In this document: one piece after another, positions 29,157 to 39,680 of the stretch
Numbering within the stretch: the stretch's first letter is position 1
Layout of the letters: each line of letters opens with the position of its first letter
Source: a virus
Length of the DNA: 64,000 bases
Strand: one strand, 5' to 3'
IMG/VR virus record: IMGVR_UViG_3300023184_008808
Coordinates: 26,160 to 90,159 of that record
The notes under the pieces: model-generated
The model's input: the letters and a program-made list of their open reading frames with translations, nothing else
Databases searched by the model: none
Told to the model about the DNA's origin: nothing
Program-made: the position numbers and the translations under genes

Positions 29157-29807
29157 ATGACGCAAATATTGAGACTCATCGGTGATTGTCATGGGAAGAT
29201 GTATGAATATTTAAATATTGCTAAAGAAGCTGATTTCTCTATCCAATTAGGTGATTTAGGATTCAGATATGATTTGCTTACAAAACTTTCCTCTGACAGT
29301 CACAAAGTTTTAGGTGGAAATCATGATAATTATGAAAAAATAAATAATATATTTGTTAATCAGACATCTCATTTTCTTGGTGATTATGGTTTGCATGTAG
29401 TGCCCGGTGAAGCTCCTATTTATTTTGTAAGGGGCGGGCATAGTATTGATAAAGAATATAGGAAAATTGGTATAGATTGGTGGCCTGACGAGCAGCTATC
29501 TTATGTCAAGATGGTAGAAGCTTTGGATGCGTACATAGCATCCAAGCCGCAAATTGTAATTTCTCATGAATGTCCGAAGAGAATTATACCTGAGGTAAGT
29601 ACTTTGTCCTTGTGGAAAGGCAATCCTATACCTCCCAGTGCAACTTCTCTTATGCTGGACTATATGTTTGATGTTTATAAACCAAAGTATTGGTTTTTTG
29701 GTCATCATCACAAAAGTTGGCAGGCAACAGTAGAAGGAACAAATTTTATTTGTTTAGATGAGTTAGAAGAATATGACATCTTTTTGTCTAACCCTTTGGG
29801 AAATTAG
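29157..29807 (+). CDS. metallophosphoesterase
   Basis: GDCHG, LGD, GNHD, SHECP, WFFGHHH. Confidence 0.9.
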   Translation: MTQILRLIGDCHGKMYEYLNIAKEADFSIQLGDLGFRYDLLTKLSSDSHKVLGGNHDNYEKINNIFVNQTSHFLGDYGLHVVPGEAPIYFVRGGHSIDKEYRKIGIDWWPDEQLSYVKMVEALDAYIASKPQIVISHECPKRIIPEVSTLSLWKGNPIPPSATSLMLDYMFDVYKPKYWFFGHHHKSWQATVEGTNFICLDELEEYDIFLSNPLGN

Positions 29808-29812
29808 GAAAC

Positions 29813-30418
29813 ATGGATTATAAAGTTGCAACTTATTTCAGTTCAGAAAATTGGGAATCTCAAGGCCTTAATTGGCTTAGAACTGCAAAATCGCTTTCAC
29901 TTACTGGATATATTATAGGATATAATCTTTCTGAAGAAGCCACATCTAAGATTAGTCAATTAGGTTTTATTTGTCTTCCTCTTAAAGAAGATGAAAACAA
30001 TCGTGTGAAAATTTTTCAAAAGTTTATTTCACAATTGAAGCCTCAAGAGCGTTGTATGTGGCTTACTCCTAGTCTTTTGCCTAAAGCTAACTTTGAAACA
30101 GAGTCAGATTTAGTTTGTGAATTAACTAAATCTGATATTTTTAATCTTACAGAGCCTGTAACAAATTTATATGATCGTGCTGCAATGATTGAATCTTTGC
30201 GTGAAAAAATTGAAAAAAAATATTCTGGTTATTTTTCAACTCGATATGTTCTTGCAACCAGTGAATTCTGGCATGGATTTTTAGGTTGTTTGCAATATAT
30301 GCAAGAAAAAAGTTATTTTGATGCTAATACATCAACAGAAGAACTGATTCTGAATTTTTTTACTGCTTTTGCCAATCGGTTTACTGTTGAGGTGAAAGAC
30401 TATGATTCAGTTATTTGA
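29813..30418 (+). CDS. hypothetical protein
   Basis: 201-aa ORF, SD AGGA. Confidence 0.7.
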   Translation: MDYKVATYFSSENWESQGLNWLRTAKSLSLTGYIIGYNLSEEATSKISQLGFICLPLKEDENNRVKIFQKFISQLKPQERCMWLTPSLLPKANFETESDLVCELTKSDIFNLTEPVTNLYDRAAMIESLREKIEKKYSGYFSTRYVLATSEFWHGFLGCLQYMQEKSYFDANTSTEELILNFFTAFANRFTVEVKDYDSVI

Positions 30419-30623
30419 TAATGCAACCAGTTTTGAGAAGCATCGTTTAATGCTTACTTTTAGATATTTTGGCTTAAGCTTTAATCTAATTTTGGCAGAA
30501 GCTTTATTGCGTTTGGATCGTAAATTTCAAATAGATTCCTTGTGTCCTTTGCCACAAGACGAATTAAGCAAGAAACTTTTAGAGATTTATAGTTACTACT
30601 ATAAAACATGTTCTTCCAAATGA
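30402..30623 (+). CDS. hypothetical protein
   Basis: Overlapping start, SD GAGGTG. Confidence 0.6.
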   Translation: MIQLFDNATSFEKHRLMLTFRYFGLSFNLILAEALLRLDRKFQIDSLCPLPQDELSKKLLEIYSYYYKTCSSK

Positions 30624-30730
30624 TGTATGAACTAGGTTCTTTTGTATTTTTTATAATAGCCGTAGGTTTATCATGTCTCACAATTATGTGTCTGACTGAT
30701 ATGGCCTCTTATGGCAGGAGAGACGAATGA
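30620..30730 (+). CDS. small membrane protein (36 aa), not in ORF track
   Basis: ATGA-coupled at both ends; MMYELGSFVFFIIAVGLSCLTIMCLTDMASYGRRDE. Confidence 0.5.
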   Translation: MMYELGSFVFFIIAVGLSCLTIMCLTDMASYGRRDE

Positions 30731-31158
30731 CTATGCTTTTGTTTGTTTATGGTACATTAAAAAACGGTCATGTACGCAATAATGCGTTAGATCAATGTCG
30801 TTATTTGGGAACAGCAATAACTGTTTCAAAATATGGAATGTACCATTATGGTGGATTCCCAGCAGTAATTGATGAATCTTGCCCCAGTGCTCGTTCAGGA
30901 ATGTCTTTAGATACCAAAATTCATGGCGAATTATGGGAAGTAGGACACGATGATCTTATAAGTTTAGATCGCATAGAAGGTGTAGATTCTAATTTATTTA
31001 ATCGTAAACTTATTGATCTTGAAAGCGTTACTTTATTTCGTCATCCTCTTTCTAAAGAAGTTTGGTCTTTGTTAGAGAACAAAAAAGCAGAAGCATATCT
31101 TTTTATGCAAGATTTGCGTGGATCTGCTCAGCTTAATGGTTTTTGGCCAAGAAAATAA
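30727..31158 (+). CDS. gamma-glutamylcyclotransferase (AIG2-like)
   Basis: LFVYGTLK, GFPAV, IHGELWEV, LDRIEG. Confidence 0.9.
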   Translation: MTMLLFVYGTLKNGHVRNNALDQCRYLGTAITVSKYGMYHYGGFPAVIDESCPSARSGMSLDTKIHGELWEVGHDDLISLDRIEGVDSNLFNRKLIDLESVTLFRHPLSKEVWSLLENKKAEAYLFMQDLRGSAQLNGFWPRK

Positions 31159-31178
31159 TTATTATGTAGAGGGGTGAT

Positions 31179-31547
31179 ATGGAATTTTTAGGTTTTAATG
31201 GTGGCCTCATTATTGGGGCTTTGCTTGCTTCTATTATTTATTTTTTTCATCGTCTTTCTCTTCTCCGATCTCTTCGTCAAGCGGAATCAAGATCGGTTAT
31301 GGCTGATTTGGAGCTTGCAACTACTGCACAGTTAAAAAAAGAATTAAGAAATCGTCCCAATAATCCATTTGTTTATGTAACACCAATTACTGAAAAATTT
31401 ATGCAAGGTGTTCAAGTTGAATTTAATGCTATAAATGCTTATAATGCGGTTTCAATGCTTCATTTGGCAACAATGCTTATTCGTAATGAGATGAAGAACA
31501 AAGGATTGGAAGTTCCAGATCTTCCTATTTATTTTTCAGAAGACTGA
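31179..31547 (+). CDS. membrane-anchored hypothetical protein
   Basis: N-terminal TM; LATTAQLKKELRNR. Confidence 0.7.
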   Translation: MEFLGFNGGLIIGALLASIIYFFHRLSLLRSLRQAESRSVMADLELATTAQLKKELRNRPNNPFVYVTPITEKFMQGVQVEFNAINAYNAVSMLHLATMLIRNEMKNKGLEVPDLPIYFSED

Positions 31548-31554
31548 GGTTTCT

Positions 31555-32697
31555 ATGTTTGTTAAAAAAGCGAAGATTTGTCTTAACACAATGGTTGCAA
31601 ATGAGTCACACATAATTATTCGCATGTTGGAGTCTTGTTATAAATATATTGATTATTGGGTTATTCAAGATAATGGATCTACAGATGGCACTCAAGATTT
31701 GATTGAAAATTTTTTTAATCAAAAGAATATACCCGGATTTCTTTATTCCACTCCATGGAATTTTCCCGGCATCAATCGTGATCACGCTCTTCAAACATGT
31801 TTGAGTCATGATCATGGTTGTGATTGGATTCTTAGAATCGATGCTGACGAAGCTCTTGTTGTAGATGATGCTTTTGATTGGTCTATTCTCGATAACAAAA
31901 GCGTTCAAAGCTTTCAAATTTTTGCTCAACAAAATAATTTTAATTATTATCGTTGTTGGCTATGGAACTCTAAATTACCGTGGCGCTTCAAGCATGATAA
32001 ACGCCATGAAACAATTTATTTAGATCAGCAAAATATTGGCGAAAGTTTTCAACGAGTTAATTTACCTACTAGTTTTCGTCATATTGTTTACAGTGATGGC
32101 CAGACATGGCGTAACACAACAAAGTTTTTTACTGATGCGTTAGAGTTAGAAAAAGATTTGTTGAATCAAAAGAGCATGGCCACAGATCTTTATCATCTTT
32201 TTTATTTGGCTAAAAGTTATCGTGATGCCGCTTTTGATTTTCGAAGTACATTTCCTTTTGGTGAGGATCAATTGATTGAATGTTGTCGGCGATCTATTTT
32301 TTATTTTAAAAAACATTTAGACTTAACCCATCAATTTCATGAATTTAAAAAGCCTAAATTTTGGGATGAAACTGCTTATGTTTGTATGGTATTTATTGGT
32401 GAGCTATATGATCGTTTAAAAGACGACACAAGCGCTTTATACTACTATTCTAATGCAGAACAGTTTTGCGATAGACGCAATGAACATTTGGTAAAACAAG
32501 CAGAATTATACAGTCGCAATGGAGATCGTATCAATTTTTTTGCATGTACTTCTCGTTTGATAAATGAAAAAAAACTTAACCCCTGTCCAGAATTAAGTTT
32601 TTTCGTTAATAACATGGCATATGTTAATACTGGAAATTACATTAACGATTTGCACACATTAGCTTGCATGTTGAACAACACACTTACAGCCAACTAA
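31555..32697 (+). CDS. glycosyltransferase family 2 with TPR-like C-terminus
   Basis: ICLNTMVANE, DNGSTDGT, IDADE, HE, FYLAKSYRD. Confidence 0.9.
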   Translation: MFVKKAKICLNTMVANESHIIIRMLESCYKYIDYWVIQDNGSTDGTQDLIENFFNQKNIPGFLYSTPWNFPGINRDHALQTCLSHDHGCDWILRIDADEALVVDDAFDWSILDNKSVQSFQIFAQQNNFNYYRCWLWNSKLPWRFKHDKRHETIYLDQQNIGESFQRVNLPTSFRHIVYSDGQTWRNTTKFFTDALELEKDLLNQKSMATDLYHLFYLAKSYRDAAFDFRSTFPFGEDQLIECCRRSIFYFKKHLDLTHQFHEFKKPKFWDETAYVCMVFIGELYDRLKDDTSALYYYSNAEQFCDRRNEHLVKQAELYSRNGDRINFFACTSRLINEKKLNPCPELSFFVNNMAYVNTGNYINDLHTLACMLNNTLTAN

Positions 32698-32785
32698 TTT
32701 TAAATATTTTTTAAAATCTTGCATGTTGTTTGGGTGCATCAAAATGAGGGTATATACTCCTTATAAGTAATGAGGAGTATATTTA

Positions 32786-33736
32786 ATGAACCATGATTTA
32801 AATCAGCGTGCTCAAAAGCTTGTTCAGACAACTATTCGTTGTTTTCATCATTCTTCTTTTGATGATGTTAAAGAACACAAGTCTATTACAGCTGAAATTC
32901 CAGAATTTGAAGCGTTTCAAAAAGGTATAAGTAAAATTCTTAAAATTCGTTCTGGTAAGGTCAATCCTGAAATGCTTCCTTGTTATGAAAGTCCTCTTTT
33001 AAATTTCGCACAAGAGCAACATCTTTTTCGAAAAATGAATTATTACAAGTATAGAGCTAAAACTATTATTGCTTCTATCAATTATGATGATCCTTGTTAT
33101 CAAAAAATTAAAAACGCTGAAAATTTTATTGAAAAGTCTATCGAGGTACGCAATCAAATTGCACAATCAAACTTTAGACTTGCAACTCAGATTATGAAAC
33201 ATCGCATGAGTTTTAACAAAGAATTATATCAAAGTGATTTAATGCTTTCAGATGCTTATTTTGATGTTCTAAAAGCTGTTGATTACTTTAATTGGACTTT
33301 AGGATATCGCTTTAGCACATACGCTACATGGGTTATAAAAAAGAATTATTTTAGGGATGCTAAATTAAAAGCAAATCTTTCAGAAAAATTCAACAGTCTT
33401 GACGATCAAAATGCAGATATGATTGAAGGTCGTAGTTCTGGCATAGAAGAGGAAAAGGCTCACATTACTCGTCAAAAGCTTATCTTTAAACTGATTGGAG
33501 TAATGGTTAGGGAAAATCTTGGAACTGATCGTGTGCGACAAGCTTTTGTTTTAGAAAACTATTACGGCGTTAATGGTCGTGATAGAAAGACTCTTGAGCA
33601 AATTAGCGAAGAGATTGGCGTCACCAAGGAAAGAGTTAGACAATTAAAAGAAAAAGGTCTCGAATGGATTAGAGAACGAGTGACGCAACTAGATCTTGAT
33701 TATGATAATGATGCCCCAGAGGAAAGCTTGTTTTAG
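32786..33736 (+). CDS. sigma-70 family sigma factor (RpoD/SigF-like, planctomycete type)
   Basis: EQHLFRKMNY, SNFRLA, KAVDYF..GYRFSTYATW, TLEQISEEIGVTKERVRQL. Confidence 0.92.
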   Translation: MNHDLNQRAQKLVQTTIRCFHHSSFDDVKEHKSITAEIPEFEAFQKGISKILKIRSGKVNPEMLPCYESPLLNFAQEQHLFRKMNYYKYRAKTIIASINYDDPCYQKIKNAENFIEKSIEVRNQIAQSNFRLATQIMKHRMSFNKELYQSDLMLSDAYFDVLKAVDYFNWTLGYRFSTYATWVIKKNYFRDAKLKANLSEKFNSLDDQNADMIEGRSSGIEEEKAHITRQKLIFKLIGVMVRENLGTDRVRQAFVLENYYGVNGRDRKTLEQISEEIGVTKERVRQLKEKGLEWIRERVTQLDLDYDNDAPEESLF

Positions 33737-33773
33737 ACTTTAAAAAGTCAACAGCATTGATATAATAGCCCCT

Positions 33774-34910
33774 ATGTTCACTTTAAAAGAAGCCTACGAA
33801 GCTCTTGTTGACAGAACTGAATTTGCTGTTAAGCAAACTAAGGATACTGTTTGTTTTGATTATATAATTGTTCTTTCTGACTCTTTTTTGCCAGAAGACA
33901 ATAGTGAAGAGGCTAAGCGAAAAGCATGGATTCGTCGCAATATGCGAGGAGTTACTTTTTGCTTGCATACGCAAGAAATATTATCATTACCTTTGCACAA
34001 GTTTTATAACTTGAATCAAAATCCTCAGTCAGCTTTTCACTTATACCAAAATCAACAAGCTACTATTTATGAAAAATTAGATGGTAGCATGATTCATTTT
34101 TATTTGCTTAAAGGTGATTTAGTAGCATCAACATGTCGCTCTATAGATACAGTTCAAGCCAAAGAAGCTTTGTCTATAGCACAAAACAATACTAAGCTTA
34201 AAAATGAAATTTTAGAGTCTATACAAAATGGATTGACTCCTATATTTGAATTTGTATCTCCTAAAAATCAAATTGTTGTTCAGTATAATCAACAACGACT
34301 TGTTTATCTTATTTCTAGAAATCGTAAAACTGGTAAATATATTTTTGAAGATAAGTATTCTGATAAGGCCAAGGTTTTCAATATTGCTTTTCCTTATATT
34401 TTTGATTTTTTAAACATAAAAGAATTTGAAGGATATGTTTGTCATTTTGAAAATGGCGAAATTCTTAAGTTAAAAACTCCTTGGTATGTTGAACGACACC
34501 GTGCTGTAGATTTTTTGATTAAGCCTCTTTATAAGCTTTATGAAGTTGCTCTCGATGGCTATATGGATGATATTATTGGTTTAGCTGCCGATTCTTATAA
34601 ACATAAATTAACTTTAATTCATGATGAAGTTCAAAAAGATATATTGAACCATAAAAAAGAAATACAAAACAATTTTGATAATTTAATTATTTCATTGGGC
34701 ACACAACATCAGTCTTTAAATGACAGGCTACAAGATAAAGCTCACAGAAAAAAGTTTGTTCAGTGTGTAAAGGATTCTAAGCAAGACATATCAATCATGA
34801 TGTGTCTATATCAAGGGCAAGAATTTGATAAAATACTGAAGAAAAAGCTTCTTGAAAATTATACTGCACAATATAAAGTAAAAATTTGGGAAGACAATAA
34901 TTTTAAATAA
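33774..34910 (+). CDS. T4 Rnl1-type RNA ligase
   Basis: RGVTF, KFYN, motif I EKLDGS, FEFVSPKNQIVV, EGYV, KLKTPWY. Confidence 0.9.
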   Translation: MFTLKEAYEALVDRTEFAVKQTKDTVCFDYIIVLSDSFLPEDNSEEAKRKAWIRRNMRGVTFCLHTQEILSLPLHKFYNLNQNPQSAFHLYQNQQATIYEKLDGSMIHFYLLKGDLVASTCRSIDTVQAKEALSIAQNNTKLKNEILESIQNGLTPIFEFVSPKNQIVVQYNQQRLVYLISRNRKTGKYIFEDKYSDKAKVFNIAFPYIFDFLNIKEFEGYVCHFENGEILKLKTPWYVERHRAVDFLIKPLYKLYEVALDGYMDDIIGLAADSYKHKLTLIHDEVQKDILNHKKEIQNNFDNLIISLGTQHQSLNDRLQDKAHRKKFVQCVKDSKQDISIMMCLYQGQEFDKILKKKLLENYTAQYKVKIWEDNNFK

Positions 34911-34923
34911 ACTTTAGTTCTGC

Positions 34924-34952
34924 TTTACAATCAAAATTACAAATGGTAATAT
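34924..34952 (+). promoter_or_regulatory. sigma70-like early promoter
   Basis: TTTACA-17 nt-TAATAT. Confidence 0.6.
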
Positions 34953-35042
34953 TGCTCTGCCAAAGAAATTCAGTCTGGCCTCACATAGAGTGGTAGGGTT
35001 AGTTTCTACTGAATTGATTGGTTTAATTGGAGTTGATATATT

Positions 35043-35918
35043 ATGCCGACTAATCGTTCTGGCATTCGTGGTGTGCGTGTTACCTCTACTGCTTCTCAAG
35101 TTCTTGATGAACTGACTAATTTAGTTCCTCAAAAGAATCCTGAGACCAAGAAGCCAGTTGAGTGGCAACTGCCTCTTACCCCAGAAGCTCAATCTTTGGC
35201 TAATAATTGGGCTGATGCCAAAGAGCTTTCTGATCCAATTGTCAAAAGATTAGAAAAAGAGCGCAATGAATTCAATGCTTATGCTTTGCGTATCGTTGCT
35301 GAGCGTATTTTGAAATTTAAAAGTAAGCCTAGCAATCCATTAGTAATTACCAAACGAGCAGATGGAAAAGATGATCATAAATTTAAGTGGCTTTTTTGCG
35401 ACAGTTTGAGTTTAGATTTTCCTGCTGTTCCTGAAGGTGTCGCTGTTCGTGATCATCACATTAAAGTTTTTGAAGATCATGGATTGCATCCTGTAGATGC
35501 CGCATCCTTGGTTGACAATGAATTAGATTTTTGTCCGGTTGTTGGATTCAAGTCGTTTAGCGAACTTCTTGATGGAATTTATAAAAATCGAGATTTTGTC
35601 GAATCTTCAACTGAGCAGAAAGCTGCTGGCATGAAACTGCGTGATCTTGTGAAGTGGGATGGCAGCGGTCCTGTTCCGCAACCCTTGACTGCAGAGGAAA
35701 AAAATCTGGTATTAGAGCGAAGTTCTAATACAAAAGTTAAGGCAGGTTTTTTGAACAGGGTTGCTAATTATTGTAGGTCGTTGGATCAAATCATGGCTGT
35801 TTTCAAGCTTATACAGCCCAAGATTTATCCCTCTTATTTAGATTATGCCTCTAGCGATGACGCTGCTGGCAAGCTAGCTAGGAAGAAAGATGCTTTGAAC
35901 GGCATTTTCGGCTTATAA
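35043..35918 (+). CDS. hypothetical protein
   Basis: 291-aa ORF, SD GGAG, own promoter. Confidence 0.8.
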   Translation: MPTNRSGIRGVRVTSTASQVLDELTNLVPQKNPETKKPVEWQLPLTPEAQSLANNWADAKELSDPIVKRLEKERNEFNAYALRIVAERILKFKSKPSNPLVITKRADGKDDHKFKWLFCDSLSLDFPAVPEGVAVRDHHIKVFEDHGLHPVDAASLVDNELDFCPVVGFKSFSELLDGIYKNRDFVESSTEQKAAGMKLRDLVKWDGSGPVPQPLTAEEKNLVLERSSNTKVKAGFLNRVANYCRSLDQIMAVFKLIQPKIYPSYLDYASSDDAAGKLARKKDALNGIFGL

Positions 35919-35932
35919 TTTAGCTGAGTATT

Positions 35933-35976
35933 AGAATGGAATCCGATATGGTAATTTTCATATCGGATTCCATTCT
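35933..35976. terminator. perfect 18-bp inverted repeat, probable terminator
   Basis: AGAATGGAATCCGATATG-8 nt-CATATCGGATTCCATTCT. Confidence 0.65.
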
Positions 35977-35995
35977 TTACATATGGAGGCAAAAT

Positions 35996-36559
35996 ATGTT
36001 GCGAGATGATTTGTTGGATTGTAAAACTCTTGAAGAAAAATCTAAAATAATTTGGCAGCATTACGAAAAGCGTAAATTAGATAGTAATTTAGAACCCAAC
36101 TGGACACACGCTGCTTATGATTTAGTTCTTCGCTACAACGAAAATCCTTCTGCTTTAAAGAACGAAGAATCAAGCGTTCTTAAAGAGTTGATTTACAGTC
36201 ACGAAATGCTTGATGGTACTGAAGTTCAGTCTTTTCCTCACATTCCTCGTAGTCCTGTTCGTATCATGCATGATGGTTGGAAAATTGGAACTCCTACATG
36301 GATTTTCATGGGCAGAAGTCTTAATTTTAATTTAATTCGTTCTTTGGGCAATGACTGGATTGCAGTTGGTCGTGAAGTTCCAGCAGATCTTTGTCATCTT
36401 TTTGATCCAACCATGCCCAAAATTGCTTGGATCGCTTACAACATCAATGATCAAATGGGACTCAATGCTCAAACAGCCAATTGTATCGGCCCAGCTTTAT
36501 ATTTTAATGAACTTATTGAAGCATTGGAGAAACAAACCAAGAAGAAATTTTCGATCTAA
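35996..36559 (+). CDS. hypothetical protein
   Basis: Start reassigned to the ATG after GGAGG. Confidence 0.75.
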   Translation: MLRDDLLDCKTLEEKSKIIWQHYEKRKLDSNLEPNWTHAAYDLVLRYNENPSALKNEESSVLKELIYSHEMLDGTEVQSFPHIPRSPVRIMHDGWKIGTPTWIFMGRSLNFNLIRSLGNDWIAVGREVPADLCHLFDPTMPKIAWIAYNINDQMGLNAQTANCIGPALYFNELIEALEKQTKKKFSI

Positions 36560-36591
36560 ACAATAAGTGTTTTTTATGGTAAAATATTTCC

Positions 36592-37263
36592 ATGGAAATA
36601 AAATATAATTTTAAAGGCCGTCTAAAAGTAAATGCTTATAAATCCATGGATTGTGATGTACAAATGCATGTAAGCGTTCTTGAAGATGATCCTTGGGAAT
36701 CTTTGGCTGATAAGAATAAACTCAATACTATTTATCCTATTGATCAATATGTGGATGGCATTAGAGTGGCTGGTGAATTGTCTTTTTTTGATCAGATCAG
36801 TTCTCCTATGAAAATTAGTCGTGGAACTGGTGCTGGCATGAGTGAAAGCGTTGAGTTGGAGCTTTATTACTCTGACGAGCCAAATATTACGAGTCGAATT
36901 AAAATTGTTTTTCTTGAAAAAACTGCTACTATTCGCATACAAGGAAACTACAACGAAAATAAAATATATTGGCAATTTTGCATTATTGGTACGCCATTGG
37001 CTGATGGCATGAATATTTTTCCAGATGATTTTACCGGTAGCAATACACTAAAAGTTTATTCTTGCAACGACTTTAGAGGCGTTTGGCCTTACCCTGTTTC
37101 TTCAATAATAGTAGCTTCAAATGTCAAAGAAGCTAAGAGAATATTGTTGCATGAATTGAATCGTGCTGGTATTCCTATTGAAGATTCTGGTCATTTTACT
37201 TTCATCAAACTTGATTTGTCGAAGTCGGGTTGTTTTATTCTTAACGATGGCAAGGTGTTATAA
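36592..37263 (+). CDS. hypothetical protein
   Basis: 223-aa ORF. Confidence 0.7.
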   Translation: MEIKYNFKGRLKVNAYKSMDCDVQMHVSVLEDDPWESLADKNKLNTIYPIDQYVDGIRVAGELSFFDQISSPMKISRGTGAGMSESVELELYYSDEPNITSRIKIVFLEKTATIRIQGNYNENKIYWQFCIIGTPLADGMNIFPDDFTGSNTLKVYSCNDFRGVWPYPVSSIIVASNVKEAKRILLHELNRAGIPIEDSGHFTFIKLDLSKSGCFILNDGKVL

Positions 37264-37264
37264 A

Positions 37265-37456
37265 ATGAATATTACAATTGATGTAACAGATTTAACCGAA
37301 GCTATTTTAGATTTTTTTTCACATGGAGATCAAGTTTTAATCGTAAACCAAGGTGTATTTACCAATATGCATATTCGTCTTTTTGATGATATTTTTTTGG
37401 TAAAAAATGTTTCTAATGGTCGTGAGCGTCAACTTCTGACAATAAAGAAACTCTAA
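37265..37456 (+). CDS. hypothetical protein
   Basis: ATG 1 nt after the upstream stop, SD AAGGTG. Confidence 0.55.
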   Translation: MNITIDVTDLTEAILDFFSHGDQVLIVNQGVFTNMHIRLFDDIFLVKNVSNGRERQLLTIKKL

Positions 37457-37462
37457 TAATGT

Positions 37463-38098
37463 ATGTCATATTCTAAAAAGATTTTGGTTAGCAAGCGTCT
37501 AAAAGGACCCGGATTTATTGCAAATCCGTCTAGCGTTGTTTATGTGTTCAGAAACACTCTTAAAGGTTCTATAGGTGTTTGTCTTAGCGGTGAAAATATT
37601 GGCCCTTTAAATAAGTCCAATATGAGGGACATTCTTAACGCTCCGCCAGACATTTTTGTGCGAGCCAAAGAAATAATCATTGGTGGTGATATTGAATTTC
37701 CTATTTATTTAGGTGGACCAAATCGCACTGAAGGTCTTTATTTCCTTCACGGATATCCTGAATTTGCAAATGTCACCAAGTTAGATCATGTTCCTGAAAA
37801 AGTTAAAAACAATAAAATTAAAAAGGATTCTGTTGCTGCTGAAGGAGTTTACTTTGGAACTCCTTATACTTTTGGCCATCTTCTTGAATCGGGTCATGTT
37901 GCCGAAGAAAAAATGCGCTTTTTTACTGGTCAATGTAAATGGCACGCTGGACAGCTGGAAACAGAAATACAGGCAGGATTCTGGGAAGTTTGTGAGCCAG
38001 AACCTTGCCTGTTTTTTAATTTGAAAGCTTGTCAGAAGTTACTTGAAATTGAAGAAAACAAAAAAAATATGTTTCCTTTTAATTTTTCTGTTAACTAA
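37463..38098 (+). CDS. YqgE/AlgH (DUF179) family protein
   Basis: SVVYV, YLGGP, FLH, RFFTGQCKWHAGQLETEIQAGFW. Confidence 0.85.
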   Translation: MSYSKKILVSKRLKGPGFIANPSSVVYVFRNTLKGSIGVCLSGENIGPLNKSNMRDILNAPPDIFVRAKEIIIGGDIEFPIYLGGPNRTEGLYFLHGYPEFANVTKLDHVPEKVKNNKIKKDSVAAEGVYFGTPYTFGHLLESGHVAEEKMRFFTGQCKWHAGQLETEIQAGFWEVCEPEPCLFFNLKACQKLLEIEENKKNMFPFNFSVN

Positions 38099-38137
38099 CA
38101 ACATGGGGCTGATATTATCAGTTCCTAAATTTTTAAT

Positions 38138-39199
38138 TTAAGGAATATTAGCGATATCGCCAGAATCAGGTGTTAATATACCTCTGAGAGCTTGTGGGCT
38201 AATAGTATCACTTATGAATAGAACATGTCCATCACCAAATACTGCATTGCAGCCACCACTGTGAAAACTGAATGGCTCATCATTTGCACCACAGTTGTTT
38301 AAATTCCAAGGGCAAGTAGATGGACCGCCCAACGGAGTAGAGTTGTTGTTGATTTTGGCTTGAGTGCTGGTGGTAGACTGGTGAGGTCCAGAAACACCAT
38401 TGCCAACATCAGGTTCTCCCCATCGATAATTGTTCCTAAGCCCACTAGGAGATTTATCGATGCAATCAGCACAAGCATCAGCATAGCTGGAAACCATGAA
38501 AGGAGCTATTGATTCATGGTTTTTACCTGCGTCTTCAATAATGGCAACAGTATTGCTTGTTCCATCGATAACACCAGCAATGCGACGAGGACTCATTTTT
38601 GTGTAAAAAGCTGTATGGTTGGAACTACCAGCAGTAATTGCTACAGTAGGTGCAGCACCGTTATGCAAAGTTAAAAGTCCCGCAGTGCGATATGTTGCAG
38701 TTGTTGCTGGAGTGCTTAGAGTAGATCTAGCACCAGTATTGGGATCAATATCACAATAAGCCACAGGCATATAGTCTGCCTGACCATAATTCAAAGGATC
38801 ATCTTTACTATATCCATTGCTAGGACATGTAAAAGTCTTAATCTTGTTTTTATATGCTGCAATATTGCTAGGATGATTATATCGTAAATTGATGTTAATT
38901 GACTTATAGACAGTTTCTTGTTCGACTAATGGTAAAAGTTGAGTGTAGGTTGAATGGACATCCATCCAAGTAGAAGGCGGTGAAGTTGGTGAATTGCCTT
39001 CGCCACTTGTTGGAAAGTAACCGTAAATGCTTTCGAATGAATGTAAACCTAAACCTATTTGTTTAAGATTATTAGTACAACTCATTCGATTCGCAGCTTC
39101 ACGAACTTTCTGTACTGCTGGAAGTAGCAGGCCGATTAGGATGGCTATAATTGCTATTACAACCAGCAATTCAATCAGCGTAAAACCTTTTCTTTTCAT
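38138..39199 (-). CDS. DUF1559 prepilin-type N-terminal cleavage/methylation protein with H-X9-DG motif
   Basis: RKG|[48 protein letters not shown]; DGTSNT; [14 protein letters not shown]. Confidence 0.96.
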   Translation of the reverse strand: MKRKGFTLIELLVVIAIIAILIGLLLPAVQKVREAANRMSCTNNLKQIGLGLHSFESIYGYFPTSGEGNSPTSPPSTWMDVHSTYTQLLPLVEQETVYKSININLRYNHPSNIAAYKNKIKTFTCPSNGYSKDDPLNYGQADYMPVAYCDIDPNTGARSTLSTPATTATYRTAGLLTLHNGAAPTVAITAGSSNHTAFYTKMSPRRIAGVIDGTSNTVAIIEDAGKNHESIAPFMVSSYADACADCIDKSPSGLRNNYRWGEPDVGNGVSGPHQSTTSTQAKINNNSTPLGGPSTCPWNLNNCGANDEPFSFHSGGCNAVFGDGHVLFISDTISPQALRGILTPDSGDIANIP

Positions 39200-39425
39200 G
39201 TGATCAAACCCTTTCATTTTGGTTTTAAATTCATTAGACACTTCTACATAGCCGATTATATTGCGAAGTAATATGTGTTTTAGACGAGTCTTTTGTGAAA
39301 CTTGTATGAAGTACTTTTATTGAACAATTATTGTTCAATAGACTTTTTTTATTATGTGTATTTTTAACTATTGGTTTTTATGAATTTAGCTTCTTATAAT
39401 TGAACATAATTTAAGAGGCCAGATT

Positions 39426-39680
39426 ATGGATGACTTGCTTCCTTTTGTAAATCCTGAGATTTGTTTTTCTTTGCAGCGTGAAGTTGCAAACATATCAGAC
39501 ATTGAATTTGTCAAAAGGCAACTCAAATTACTTAAAAAGAAAAATCCTGTTATAGGTCTTTGGATCAAAGATTTTTCTAAAAAATCTAAGGACAGAATGT
39601 TTACGATGGTCTGTGCTTTGATGGTTTATAGAATGCTAGAAGTTCAATACGAAATCGATGATATGAATGAATTTATTTGA
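39426..39680 (+). CDS. hypothetical protein
   Basis: SD GAGG, 84 aa. Confidence 0.65.
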   Translation: MDDLLPFVNPEICFSLQREVANISDIEFVKRQLKLLKKKNPVIGLWIKDFSKKSKDRMFTMVCALMVYRMLEVQYEIDDMNEFI

